From: Heptranchias perlo | Taxonomy: Eukaryota | Direction: 5' to 3' | NCBI RefSeq assembly: GCF_035084215.1 | Contig: NC_090325.1 | Span: 196,726,001-196,790,000, forward strand | DNA length: 64,000 nt | Shown: positions 13,273 to 24,900 of the stretch, piece by piece | Position numbering within the stretch: the stretch's first letter is position 1 | Layout of the letters: every line of letters starts with the position of its first letter | Notes under the pieces: generated by a model | Seen by the model: the letters and a program-made list of their open reading frames with translations, nothing else | The model's database searches: none | Told to the model about the DNA's origin: nothing | Program-made: the position numbers and the translations under genes

Positions 13273-13559
13273 ATAAAAATACTGAATATAGTTAAATGGC
13301 TGATATTGTCTTTTGGGAGCAAACTCAGTTCCTTATTCAACAAGAAACAGACTGCTGGATAAAGCTGCCAATCACCATTCTGGGGAACAGATTGTGTTGC
13401 ACCAGATACTCCACCTGTAATACAATCTAGCCGCCCGCAAATTCAACAAGTTTTGCTAACAATATACCGGTAATGAGCAACTGTTGATGCAATGTTGATT
13501 AGTCCTTACAAATAGCATGAGATGTTTTGCTTGATTTTCTTACAAGAATGCCTTACTGC

Positions 13560-13800
13560 TTCCTAGAGTGAGACTGCCAATTTGTGCTGAATCACAGGCA
13601 GCGTGGTGCAATGTACCTAAGGCCACTAGAAACAACACTGAGACTAACCCAAACTTATTCCACATAAGACCCTCACAGCAAGTAGCGAAAAGAGATTGTG
13701 ATCCAATTAGCCTGGGCTGGATTCAAAGCCGGGTCGTAGAGGTGAATGAGCCTTAAACTAACCCATCTCATCTCATTTCTCAGTCACTGTACTCCAAACC
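13560..13800 (-). mobile_element. Ancient LF-SINE-like fragment
   Basis: Minus strand TTCACCTCTACGACCCGGCTTTGAATCCAGCCCAGG ... TATGTGGAATAAGTTTGGGTTAGTCTCAGT resembles the recalled LF-SINE head and body. Confidence 0.5.
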
Positions 13801-14056
13801 CTTCAGTTCTGCTTTCGCAAAGAAGTGCATCTGTGGTAAAAAAAAACATCTGACTGTAAAGTCAGTTTTGATTCTGGAGAAGGCTGTTAAAGAGTCCTTA
13901 AAAAGGCATATACATTTCTTGAAGAGTTGCCTATGATGACTCTAAAAGGGGTGCAGGAACAGAGAGATCTGGGGGTTTATATACACAAATCATTGAAAGT
14001 GGCAGGGCAGGTTGAGAAAGTGGTTAAAAAAGCACACGGGATCCTGGGCTTTATAA

Positions 14057-15780
14057 CCCGACCAAAGAACACACCCATCAGCTCAACAAACTGATCAAGA
14101 CCTTCGATCCAGACCTTCAAAGCATCCTACGCACTCTCATCCCACGTACTCCCCGCGTGGGAGACTTCTACTGCCTCCCAAAGATACACAAAGCCAACAC
14201 ACCCGGACGTCCTATCGTATCAGGCAATGGAACCCTGTGTGAGAACCTCTCTGGATACATCGAGGGCATCCTGAAACCCATCATACAGGGAACCCCCAGC
14301 TTCTGTCGCGACACTACAGACTTCCTACAAAAAGTAAGTACCCACGGACCAGTTGAACCAGGAACACTTCTCACCACGATGGACGTCTCGGCACTATACA
14401 CCAGTATCCCCCACGATGACGGCATCGCTGCGACAGCATCAATACTCAACATCAACAACAGCCAATCTCCGGACGCCATCCTACAACTCATCCGCTTCAT
14501 CCTGGATCACAATGTCTTCACCTTTGATAACCAGTTCTTTACCCAAACACACGGAACAGCCATGGGGACCAAATTCGCACCCCAATACGCCAACATTTCC
14601 ATGCACAAGTTCGAGCAGGACTTCTTCACTGCACAAGACCTCCAACCAACACTATAAACCAGATACATCGACGACATTTTCTTTCTATGGACCCACGGCA
14701 AGGAATCACTAAAGAGACTACACGATAACATCAACAAGTTCCATCCCACCATCAAGCTCACCATGGACTACTCCTCAGAATCAGTTTCTTTCTTGGATAC
14801 ACGAATCTCCATCAAAGACGGGCACCTCAGCACCTCATTCTACCGCAAGCCCACAGACAACCTCACGATGCTCCACTTTTCCAGCTTCCACCCTAACCAC
14901 GTCAAAGAGGCCATCCCCTATGGACAGGCCCTGCGAATACACAGGGTCTGCTCAGACGAGGAGGAACGTGATGGACACCTACAGACGCTGAAAGACGCCC
15001 GAGTAAGAACGGGATATGACGCTCGACTCATCGATCGACAGTTCCGACGGGCCACAGCAAAAAAATCACATAGACCTCCTCAGGAGACTAACACGGGACA
15101 CAACCAACAGAGTACCCTTTGTTGTCCAGTACTTCCCCGGAGCGGAGAAACTACGCCATGTTCTCCGCAGCCTTCAACATGTCATCAATGACGACGAACA
15201 CCTCGCTATGGCCATCCCCACACCTCCACTACTCGCCTTTAAACAGCCACCCAACCTCAAACAGACCATCGTTCGCAGCAAATTACCTAGCTTTCAAGAG
15301 AACAGCGTCCACGACACCACACAACCCTGCCACAGTAACCTCTGCAAGACATGCCAGATCATCGACACAGATACCACCATCACACGAGAGGACACCACCC
15401 ACCAGGTGCATGGTTCATACTCCTGTGACTCGGCCAACGTTGTCTACCTCATACGTTGCAGGAAAGGATGCCCCGGAGCATGGTACATTGGCGAGACCAT
15501 GCAGACGCTGCGACAACGGATGAACGGACACCGCGCAACAATCGCCAAACAGGAGGGTTCCCTCCCAGTCAGGGAACACTTCAGCAGTCATGGACATTCA
15601 TCCACCGACCTTCGGGTAAGCGTACTCCAAGGCGGCCTTCGAGACACACGACAACGCAAAATCGTCGAGCAGAAATTGATAGCCAAGTTCCGCACCCATG
15701 AGGACGGCCTCAACCGGGATCTTGGGTTCATGTCACGCTACACGTTACCCCACCAGCGAACAAATGTTATCTGTTTTTAA
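14057..15780 (+). pseudogene. Disrupted Penelope ORF (one nonsense codon, one frameshift)
   Basis: TAA at 14655-14657 just before TRYIDD; frame change in the A-run near 15059-15065; natural stop at 15778-15780. Confidence 0.88.
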
Positions 15781-16013
15781 TATAACGGGTCAGTTGCTGT
15801 CTTTTCTATGTTTCTACCTCTCTATCTCTGTTTTTTTTTGTTTTTTGTTTTTTTTTGGTGATTTGTATATTCGGAGACCTTGCAGGTAACACCTGTCTGT
15901 CTGCACACTGATTGCCTTGGCAACGGGCAGTTGAAAAAACTGTCTGTAATCACCAAGCATTGTTCTGTGAATTATAAATGCGATTTCATTTCGAGGATTT
16001 CATTTCCACATCG

Positions 16014-16052
16014 TTCACCTGAGGAAGGAGGAAGCCTCCGAAAGCTTGTGAA
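16014..16052 (+). ncRNA. Minimal type I hammerhead ribozyme motif, copy 1
   Basis: TTCAC-CTGAGGA-A-GGAGG-AAG-CCTCC-GAAA-GC-TT-GTGAA: stem I, CUGANGA core, stem II, GAAA, palindromic AAGCTT stem III, UH. Confidence 0.82.
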
Positions 16053-16264
16053 TTTAAAATAAAATTGCTGGACTATAACTTGGCGTTGTAAAATTGTTTA
16101 CAATTCTCTTTTTTTTGTTTTTGGGGGTTTGTATATTCGGTGGCCTTTTTAGGTGACACCTTTCTGTCTGCTCACTGTGATTGCCTTGGCAACGGGCAGT
16201 AATCACCAGGCATTGTTCTGTGATTTTAAAATGCGAAGGATTCGAAAATGTTATTTCCACACCG

Positions 16265-16303
16265 TTCACCTGAGGAAGGAGGAAGCCTCCGAAAGCTTGT
16301 GGG
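16265..16303 (+). ncRNA. Minimal hammerhead ribozyme motif, copy 2
   Basis: Same core; stem I TTCAC/GTGGG with G-U pairs. Confidence 0.78.
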
Positions 16304-16627
16304 ATTAAAAATAAAATTGTTGGACTATAACTTGGTGTTGTAAAATTGTTTACAATTTATAAATAGAGGCACAGAGTACTAAAGTATGGAAGTCAAGATG
16401 AACCTTTGTAAAACACTGGTTCGACCACAACTGGAGTATTGTGTCCAGTTCTGGGCACCGCACTTTAGGAAAGATGTGAAGGCCTTAGAGAGGGTGCAGA
16501 GGAGATTTACTAGAATGATTCCAGGAATGAGGGACTTCAGTTACGTGGATAGACTGGAGAAGCTGGGGTTGTTCTCCTTGGAACAGAGACGGTTGCGAGG
16601 AGATTTGATAGAGGTATTCAAAATCAA

Positions 16628-16666
16628 TTCACCTGAGGAAGGAGGAAGCCTCCGAAAGCTTGTGGA
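16628..16666 (+). ncRNA. Minimal hammerhead ribozyme motif, copy 3, in a ~92-bp solo Penelope end (16627-16718) inserted in CR1
   Basis: Same core; the insert splits CR1 AAAATC|ATGAAGGG. Confidence 0.78.
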
Positions 16667-18197
16667 TTTTAAAATAAAATTATTGGACTATAACTTGGTG
16701 TTGTAAAATTGTTTACAAATGAAGGGTCTAGACAGAGTAGATAGAGAGAAACTGTTCCCATTGGCGGAAGGGTCAAGGACCAGAGGACATAGATTTAAGG
16801 TGATTGGCAAAAGAACCAAAGGCAATATGAGGAAAAACTTTTTTACACAGCGAGTGGTTAGGATCTGGAATGCACTGCCCGAGGGGGTGGTGGAGGCAGA
16901 TTCAATCATGGCCTTCAAAAGTAAACTGGATAAGTACTTGAAAGGAAAAAATTTGCAGGGCTACAGGGATAGGGCGGGAGAGTGGGACTAGCTGGATTGC
17001 ACTGACAAAGAGCCGGCATGGACTCGATGGGCCGAATGGCCTCCTTCCATGCTGTAACCTATCTATGATTCTATGATAGTGCCGGAGATTTGCTGGTCCT
17101 TTTGAAACTGTTCCAGCCCAATAGCTAAGATCTGTAAATCAAGTTAAATGATGGAATAAAATTAAAATGGCAGCAGATACTTGATCAATGTAATACCTGT
17201 TAGTGCCATTAAACGTTTCATATGATTATCTACTTCTCTTATCGATGTTTGTATAGATTCATAGAAAAATCGTAGAATCATACAGCACAGAAGGAGGCCA
17301 CTTGGCCAATCACGCCTGTGTCGGCTCTCTGAAAGAGCTATCCATTAATCACATTCCCCCTTGGCCCTGCAAATTTGTTCTTTTTAAGTACAATTCAAGT
17401 CACAAATTGCACCTGTTGCTTCTTGCCAATTAAATCCCACTGCACTCTGTGTAGGATCATGTTAAGCTGGCTCTGTCAGCAAGTACCTTTACTTCCCTCA
17501 GATTCTGAGACATTTTGGGGCTATCACTCCTCTGCTTCACACCCTGCGTGTTTCTATTTTTGGGACACAAAGCAGAGGAACACTGGCTGGAGATCTCTGT
17601 TACACCAGGTTATTGTTTCCGGGCACAGGATGTGAAGAGGCTGCTTCGTTGCACCTCAAAGAGGCTTTAGAATTTAAATAATACTGTAAGTGAGATCATG
17701 CGACATCGTACTGGCCTCCATTTCCAGTGATCATAAATCAGGTCCAGACTGACCCCCATTTAAATGAGGCGCTGAGTTTCATTGCACTGTGTTTCAAACA
17801 CTGACACATTTAAAGAGACAGACTTCAAGTTAGCGAGAAGTGCATTCATCCATTTTTGGACACTGTGCTGTTACAAATTGTGAGGTTTGCAGGTGCAGTA
17901 GCGGTGCCCTGGGGCAAAACTGGTGGACAGCTGTGCAGTTCTTGGATCCCTTTAATAGACTGGGGGGGGGGGGGGGGGGGGGGGAGTCCCATTTGCCAAA
18001 CCCCTGTGCTATTTTTGGGAGAGGATGAGGGGAACGAAAAACATGCATTTTTGGAAACCTACCCACCATTCCCCTGCTGGATGAATGTATTGGTCCCAGA
18101 GGGACCTCCCTGGAACCTCACAAAGGAGCAAAGTCATCACCAGCTTTGACTGACTGGCGAAGTAATCGGAGAGATATGCGACCTGCTGCCACATTCC

Positions 18198-18450
18198 ATG
18201 GCACTGCCAATGGTAGGCAAGTTGACCACTGCCCTGAATTTCTTCACGTCGGGGTCTTTCCAGGGGGACCGTTGGGGAGATATGGCCATCAGTCAGTCAG
18301 CAATCTATCAATGTATTAAACAAGTCACTGATGCTTTGTTTGCAAAGCACCTACATCCCGTTTCCCATGTATCACAGGGAGCAAGAGCCCCAAGCACGAT
18401 TCCCCAAAGACCAGGGGATAATAGATGGCACCCACGTAGTCTTGGGTGCT
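18198..18450 (+). mobile_element. Degenerate PIF/Harbinger transposase fragment
   Basis: ALPMVGKLTTALNFFTSGSFQ...ISQSAIYQCIKQVTDALF, then in a shifted frame FPKDQGIIDGTHV (first catalytic Asp of HARBI1-like DDE enzymes). Confidence 0.78.
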
Positions 18451-18619
18451 CCGGGTTTGGGGGGGGGGGGGGGGGGAGGGGAGCGGGGAGCTTGGGAAGA
18501 GAAGAGCACAAGAATTTTAAATGAGAGGCGGGAGGGATGGAACAACATTGATTACATAAACTTTTCATAAAACAGGTTCATCGCTCCCAGTAACAACAGA
18601 AATGTTAATGTACGTTTAT

Positions 18620-19012
18620 TCACCACCGGCGCACCGTGGCTGCAGTGTGCACCATCCACAGGATGCACTGCAGCAACTCGCCAAGGCTTCTTCGACAGCA
18701 CCTCCCAAACCCGCGACCTCTACCACCTAGAAGGACAAGAGCAGCAGGTACATGGGAACAACACCACCTGCACGTTCCCCTCCAAGTCACACACCATCCT
18801 GACTTGGAAATATATCGCCGTTCTTTCATCGTCGCTGGGTCAAAATCCTGGAACTCCCTTCCTAACAGCACTGTGGGAGAACCTTCACCACACGGACTGC
18901 AGTGGTTCAAGAAGGCGGCTCACCACCACCTTCTCAAGGGCAATTAGGGATGGGCAATAAATGCCGGCCTCACCAGCAACGCCCACATCCCATGAACGAA
19001 TAAAAAAAAAAA
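18620..19012 (+). mobile_element. 3' end of a CR1/L2-group LINE (family B) with poly-A
   Basis: HHRRTVAAVCTIHRMHCSNSPRLL...SKSWNSLPNS...HHHLLKGN*; near-identical to 53205-54178 and 63570-64000. Confidence 0.85.
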
Positions 19013-19618
19013 TTCAAAAAGCCAGCACTCTTATGCAAGTTGAATGCTGACTCAGACCTACATTTACATACAGTGATCACAGGACTGTGCAAGTCGCCAT
19101 TATTCACTTGTGCTTTTTTAAAATTAACCTGCATGAGACCAATCTTCTAAATTAGTGTCAAAAATAATGAGTTTTACTACATTTTGTGCTGTAGAGTGTA
19201 CTCAGAGCGACAATAGTAACTTCAAAACTTACTCTATGGGCATCCAGACACCAGCAACAAATGGAACTGATGTAGTCAGTATTGATTAGATTCCAATGTG
19301 CTCAATCAGGCATGGATGAAGCTTTTACAGACAAAAACAAACAGCAAAGATAGTGCTGTTCCATAAGGAGCCTGTTTCCGAATTCTTTATGCTATTTGAT
19401 TCCCAGAAAAATAGATACATTGGACTTTAGTTGTGGGTTGATTTTTTTTTGACGGATCCAGTTCCCTGTGAACTCTATTTATAAATCAGAGCTCTCATCT
19501 GATCTGACGCCCCAAAGCACCAAACGGTATTACGTCTTGCTTTTTTTTAAAGCTCATGACTGTAACAGAATCACTGTCTATTTTTGGAACATTTCTTAAT
19601 TCTCAAGGATGTAAAACA

Positions 19619-19938
19619 CAACACAAGGTATACACCTCTCTCATCAACACAAGGTATACACCTCTCTCATCAACACAAGGTATACACCTCTCTCATCAAC
19701 ACAAGGTATACACCTCTCTCATCAACACAAGGTATACACCTCTCTCATCAACACAAGGTATACACCTCTCTCATCAACACAAGGTATACACCTCTCTCAT
19801 CAACACAAGGTATACACCTCTCTCATCAACACAAGGTATACACCTCTCTCATCAACACAAGGTATACACCTCTCTCATCAACACAAGGTATACACCTCTC
19901 TCATCAACACAAGGTATACACCTCTCTCATCAACACAA
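19619..19938. repeat. Perfect 26-bp minisatellite, ~12.3 copies (CAACACAAGGTATACACCTCTCTCAT)
   Basis: Directly visible; translation repeats every 26 aa. Confidence 0.97.
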
Positions 19939-20284
19939 CAAGCAGCCTGTCAAACTGACACTAAATTCTACACATTGCTGTAGTTGTGTAACATCACAAC
20001 CACATTGCAAACTGAAGGCTTGTCTTTATCCTGTGTATTAATTCGGGTAACTGAATAAGTAACAACCTGTTTTGCTGAAGAATACTTGTTTAGTTGTACT
20101 GACCCCCAATCCTCAACAGGTGCTTCATGTTAAGATGATGTTTGGCACATATCAAATTGTAGTACAGTAACATGATAGTCACTCAAGAATACACAGGGTT
20201 AAATTATTTATTTTTATTTAGAGTGGCTCATTGCTTTGGCAATCGTTGTTACTTAAGTTTACTGCATTATTTTATATTTATTAT

Positions 20285-20935
20285 ATAGAAATTTACAGCA
20301 CAGAAACAGGCCATTCGGCCCAACTGGTCTATGCCGGTGTTTATGCTCCACACGAGCCTCCTCCCTCCTACTTCATCTCACCCTATCAGCATATCCTTCT
20401 ATTCCTTTCTCCCTCATGTACTTATCTAGCTTCCCCTTAAATGTAGAGGGAGGAATTTTAGAATCATAGAAATTTATGGCACAGAAAGAGGCCATTCAAC
20501 CCATCGTGTCTGTGCTGTCCGAAAAAGAGCTATCCAGCCTGATCCCACTTTCCAGCACTTGGTCCGTAGCCCTGTAGGTTACGGCACTTCAAGGGCACAT
20601 CCAAGTACTTTTTAAATGAGTTGAGGGTTTCTGCCTCTCCCACTCTTTCAGGCAGTGAGTTCCAGACTCCCACCACCCTCTGGGTGAAAAAATTTCTCCT
20701 CAGCTCCCCTCTAATCCTTCTACCAATTACTTTAAATCTATGCCCCCTGGTTATTGACCTCTCTGCTAAAGGAAATAGGTCCTTTCCATCCATTCTATCT
20801 AGGCCCCTCATAATTTTATACACCTCAATTAAATCTCCCCTCAGCCTCCTCTGTTCCAAAGAAAACAACCCCAGCCTATCCAATCTTTCCTCAGGTAAAA
20901 TTCTCTAGTCCTAGCAACATCCTCGGAAATCTCCT
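20285..20935 (-). mobile_element. Two adjacent CR1 3' fragments
   Basis: ORF 20530-20883 LGLFSLEQRRLRGDLIEVYK...; two CR1 tails. Confidence 0.85.
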
Positions 20936-21985
20936 ATTGGTGTGTTGAGTTCACAATAACCGATTCAGGACAATAATGGCTGGTGACGCCTTTCATTCTG
21001 AAATGTAAAATTACATCACATACATTGTTAAAAACAATGTATGACTAAGGAAAGTGTAGACACATCTAATCCATTCTTGTGAAACTCACCATTAACACAA
21101 ATAATGTTAGCCGGAAAACAGACCCCGACAGTTGTGAACATAAGAAATAGGAGCAGGAGTAGGCCAGTCGGCCCCTCAAGCCTGCTCCGCCATTCAATAA
21201 GATCATGGCTGATCTGATCCTAACCTCAAATCTAAATTCATGTCCAATTTCCTGCCCGCTCCCCGTAACCCCTAATTCCCTTTACTTCTAGGAAACTGTC
21301 TATTTAAACATAAAATTACATTAAAATCTTTGAACCAACAAAGTGGAACTCTCCCCAATCATTCAGGTTGCCTGCCTAATTCTGTCGAGCTTCATTTTTC
21401 TGAATTCGGGCCCCAGTTGAGAGTTGAATTCTCCCTCTATTGCTTTTATAGTGAGGTAGATTTTTGAGCATCAAACCTAAACTCGTTACTGCTTTCAACT
21501 TCTGTATCCTGGCTTCATGCACTGATTCATTAAAAATCCTGCTGGTCGCATTGAAATTGGCTACTCAGGGAAGGAAACTTCTTTCTAATACCCAGTTCTC
21601 AATTTGAACCACTGCCCCTTGGACAATGTGGCAGCCTCAGTGCTGGCTAGCGGCTGTCTGAAGACAGAAAAATATTGAAGGTCCCTGCAACCATAGTCAA
21701 TGGTCAGGAGCAGCAGAAGGAGAGAGAAAAATAAGGAATGAAACTGGAAACATATTAACAGCAACGTGTAAACGATGCTAAGCTGGGAGAGGAGCAGCGA
21801 GGAGGACAGAATGGGAACCAGATCAAGGGGAGCAGGGAACACCATGTCAGGCAGGTTGGTAAGAAAACACAACAGCGAGATTGCGGGGAAGTAAACTGGC
21901 AGCAGCAAAACGGAAAAAAATGCAAAGGACTGTGATAGGTTGTAGTTGTTCAGAGGACAGAGCCTCAAGCCCTGCATGTCACTGT

Positions 21986-24900
21986 TATTTCTGCACCTTC
22001 CTCCAGCCCCACACCCCTCCCTATCTCTGTAACCTCCTCCAGCCCCACAACCCTCCCCATCTCTGTAACCCCCTCCAGCCCCACACCCCTTCCTATCTCT
22101 GTAACCTCCTCCAGCCCCACACCCCTCCCTATCTCTGTAACCTCCTCGAGCACCACACCCCTCCCTATCTCTGTAACCTCCTCCAGCCCCACAACCCTCC
22201 CCATCTCTGTACCTTCCTCCAGCCCTACACCCCTCCCTATCTCTGTAACCTCCTCCAGCCCCACAACCCTCCCTATCTCTGTACCTTCCTCCAGCCCGAC
22301 ACCCCTCCCTATCTCTGTAACCTCCTCCAGCCCCACACCCCTCCCTATCTCTGTAACCTCCTCCAGCCCCACACCCCTCCCTATCTCTGTAACCCCCTCC
22401 AGCCCTACAACCCTCCCTATCTCTGTACCTTCCTCCAGCCCGACACCCCTCCCTATCTCTGTAACCTCCTCCAGCCCCACACCCCTCCCTATCTCTGTAA
22501 CCTCCTCCAGCCCCACACCCCTCCCTATCTCTGTAACCCCCTCCAGCCCTACAACCCTCCCTATCTCTGTACCTTCCTCCAGCCCTACACCCCTCCCTAT
22601 CTCTGTAACCTCCTCCAGCCCCACACCCCTCCCTATCTCTGTAACCTCCTCCAGCCCCACACCCCTCCCTATCTCTGTACCTTCCTCCAGCCCCACACCC
22701 CTCCCTATCTCTGTAACCTCCTCAAGCCCCACAACCCTCCCTATCTCTGTACCTTCCTCCAGCCCCACACCCCTCCCTATCTCTGTAACCTCCTCAAGCC
22801 CCACAACCCTCCCTATCTCTGTACCTTCCTCCAGCCCCACACCCCTCCCTATCTCTGTAACCTCCTCCAGCCCCACACCCCTCCCTATCTCTGTACCTTC
22901 CTCCAGCCCCACACCCCTCCCTATCTCTGTAACCTCCTCCAGCCCTACAACCCTCCCTATCTCTGTAACCTCCTCCAGCCCTACACCCCTCCCTATATCT
23001 GTAACCCCCTCCAGCCCCACACCCCTCCCTATCTCTGTAACCTCCTCCAGCCCCACACCCCTCCCAATCTCTGAAACCTCCTCCAGCCCTACACCCCTCC
23101 CTATCTCTGTAACCTCCTCCAGCCCTACACCCCTCCCTATCTCTGTAACCTCCTCTAGCCCTACAACCCTCCCTATCTCTGTAACCTCCTCCAGCCCCAC
23201 ACCCCTCCCTATCTCTGTAACCCCCTCCAGCCCCACACCCCTCCCTATCTCTGTAACCCCCTCCAGCCCTACACCCCTCCCTATCTCTGTACCTTCCTCC
23301 AGCCCCACAACCCTCCCTATCTCTGTAACCTCCTCCTGCCCCACATCCCTCCCTATCTCTGTACCTTCCTCCAGCCCCACACCCCTCCCTATCTCTGAAA
23401 CCGCCTCCAGCCCTACACCCCTCCCTATCTGTGTAACCTCCTCTAGCCCTACAACCCTCCCTATCTCTGTAACCCCCTCCAGCCCTACACCCCTCCCTAT
23501 CTCTGTACCTTTCTCCAGCCCCACAACCCTCCCTATCTCTGTAACCTCCTCCAGCCCTACACCCCTCCCTATCTCTGCAACCTCCTCCAGCCCCACAACC
23601 CTCCCTATCTCTGTAACCTCCTCCAGCCCCACAACCCTCCCTATCTCTGTAACCTCCTCCAGCCCCACAACCCTCCCTATCTCTGTAACCTCCTCCAGCC
23701 CTACACCCCTCCCTATCTCTGCAACCTCCTCCAGCCCCACAACCCTCCCTATCTCTGTAACCTCCTCCAGCCCCACAACCCTCCCTATCTCTGTAACCTC
23801 CTCCAGCCCGACACCCCTCCCTATCTCTGTAACCTCCTCCAGCCCTACACCCCTCCCTTTCTCTGTAACCTCCTCCAGCCCCACACCCCTCCCTATCTCT
23901 GTAACCTCCTCCAGCCCCACAACCCTCCCTATTTCTGTACCTTCCTCCAGCCCCACACCCCTCCCTATCTCTGTAACCTCCTCCAGCACCACATCCCTCC
24001 CTATCTCTGTAACCCCCTCCAGCCCTACACCCCTCCCTATCTCTGTACCTTCCTCCAGCCCCACACCCCTCCCTATCTCTGTAACCTCCTCCAGCCCTAC
24101 ACCCCTCCCTATCTCTGTAACCTCCTCCAGCCCCACAACCCCTCCCGATTTCTGTAACCTCCTCCAGCCCCACAACCCCTCCCTATCTCTGTAACCTCCT
24201 CCAGCCCCACAACCCCTCCCTATCTCTGTAACCTCCTCCAGCACCACATCCCTCCCTATCTCTGTAACCTCCTCCAGCCCTACACCCCTCCCTATCTCTG
24301 TAACCTCCTCCAGCCCCACAACCCCTCCCGATTTCTGTAACCTCCTCCAGCCCGACACCCCTCCCTATCTCTGTAACCTCCTCCAGCCCCACAACCCCTC
24401 CCTATCTCTGTAACCTCCTCCAGCCCTACACCCCTCCCTATCTCTGTAACCTCCTCCAGCCCCACACCCCTCACTATCTCTGTACCTTCCTCCTGCCCCA
24501 CAACCCTCCCTATCTCTGAAACCTCCTCCAGCCCCACATCCCTCCCTATCTCTGTAACCTCCTCCAGCCCCACACCCCTTCCTATCTCTGTAACCTCCTC
24601 CAGCCCTACACCCCTCCCTATCTCTGTAACCCCCTCCAGCCCTACACCCCTCCCTATCTCTGTAACCCCCTCCAGCCCTACACCCCTCCCTATCTCTGTA
24701 ACCTCCTCCAGCCCTACGCCCCTCCCTATCTCTGTAACCTCCTCCAGCCCCACAACCCTTCCCATCTCTGTAACCTCCTCCAGCCCTACACCCCTCCCTA
24801 TCTCTGTAACCTCCTCCAGCCCTACCCCCCTCCCTATCTCTGTAACCTCCTCCAGCCCCACAACCCTCCCTATCTCTGTAACCCCCTTCCAGCCCTACCC

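Larger units (their letters stand above)
14057..16355 (+). mobile_element. 5'-truncated Penelope-like retroelement (Neptune-type), RT + GIY-YIG endonuclease, two tandem 3' terminal repeats
   Basis: FYCLPKIHK, GRPIVS, MDVSALYTSIP, GTAMG, RYIDD, FLD RT motifs; CHSNLCKTC...YSC Cys linker; VVYLIRC...WYIGET...RMNGHR GIY-YIG; TSD TTTATAA at 14050-14056 and 16356-16362. Confidence 0.93.
13945..17075 (+). mobile_element. CR1 LINE 3' portion interrupted by Penelope insertions
   Basis: GGGATCCTGGGCTTTATAA (ends 14056) resumes as ATAGAGGCACAGAG (16363); RT C-terminal ORFs 16386-16626 and 16719-16991; CTATGATT tail. Confidence 0.9.

Noticed and set aside
19619-19938. CRISPR-like regular repeat
   Set aside because: Units are head-to-tail with no unique spacers, there are no cas genes, and the context is eukaryotic.
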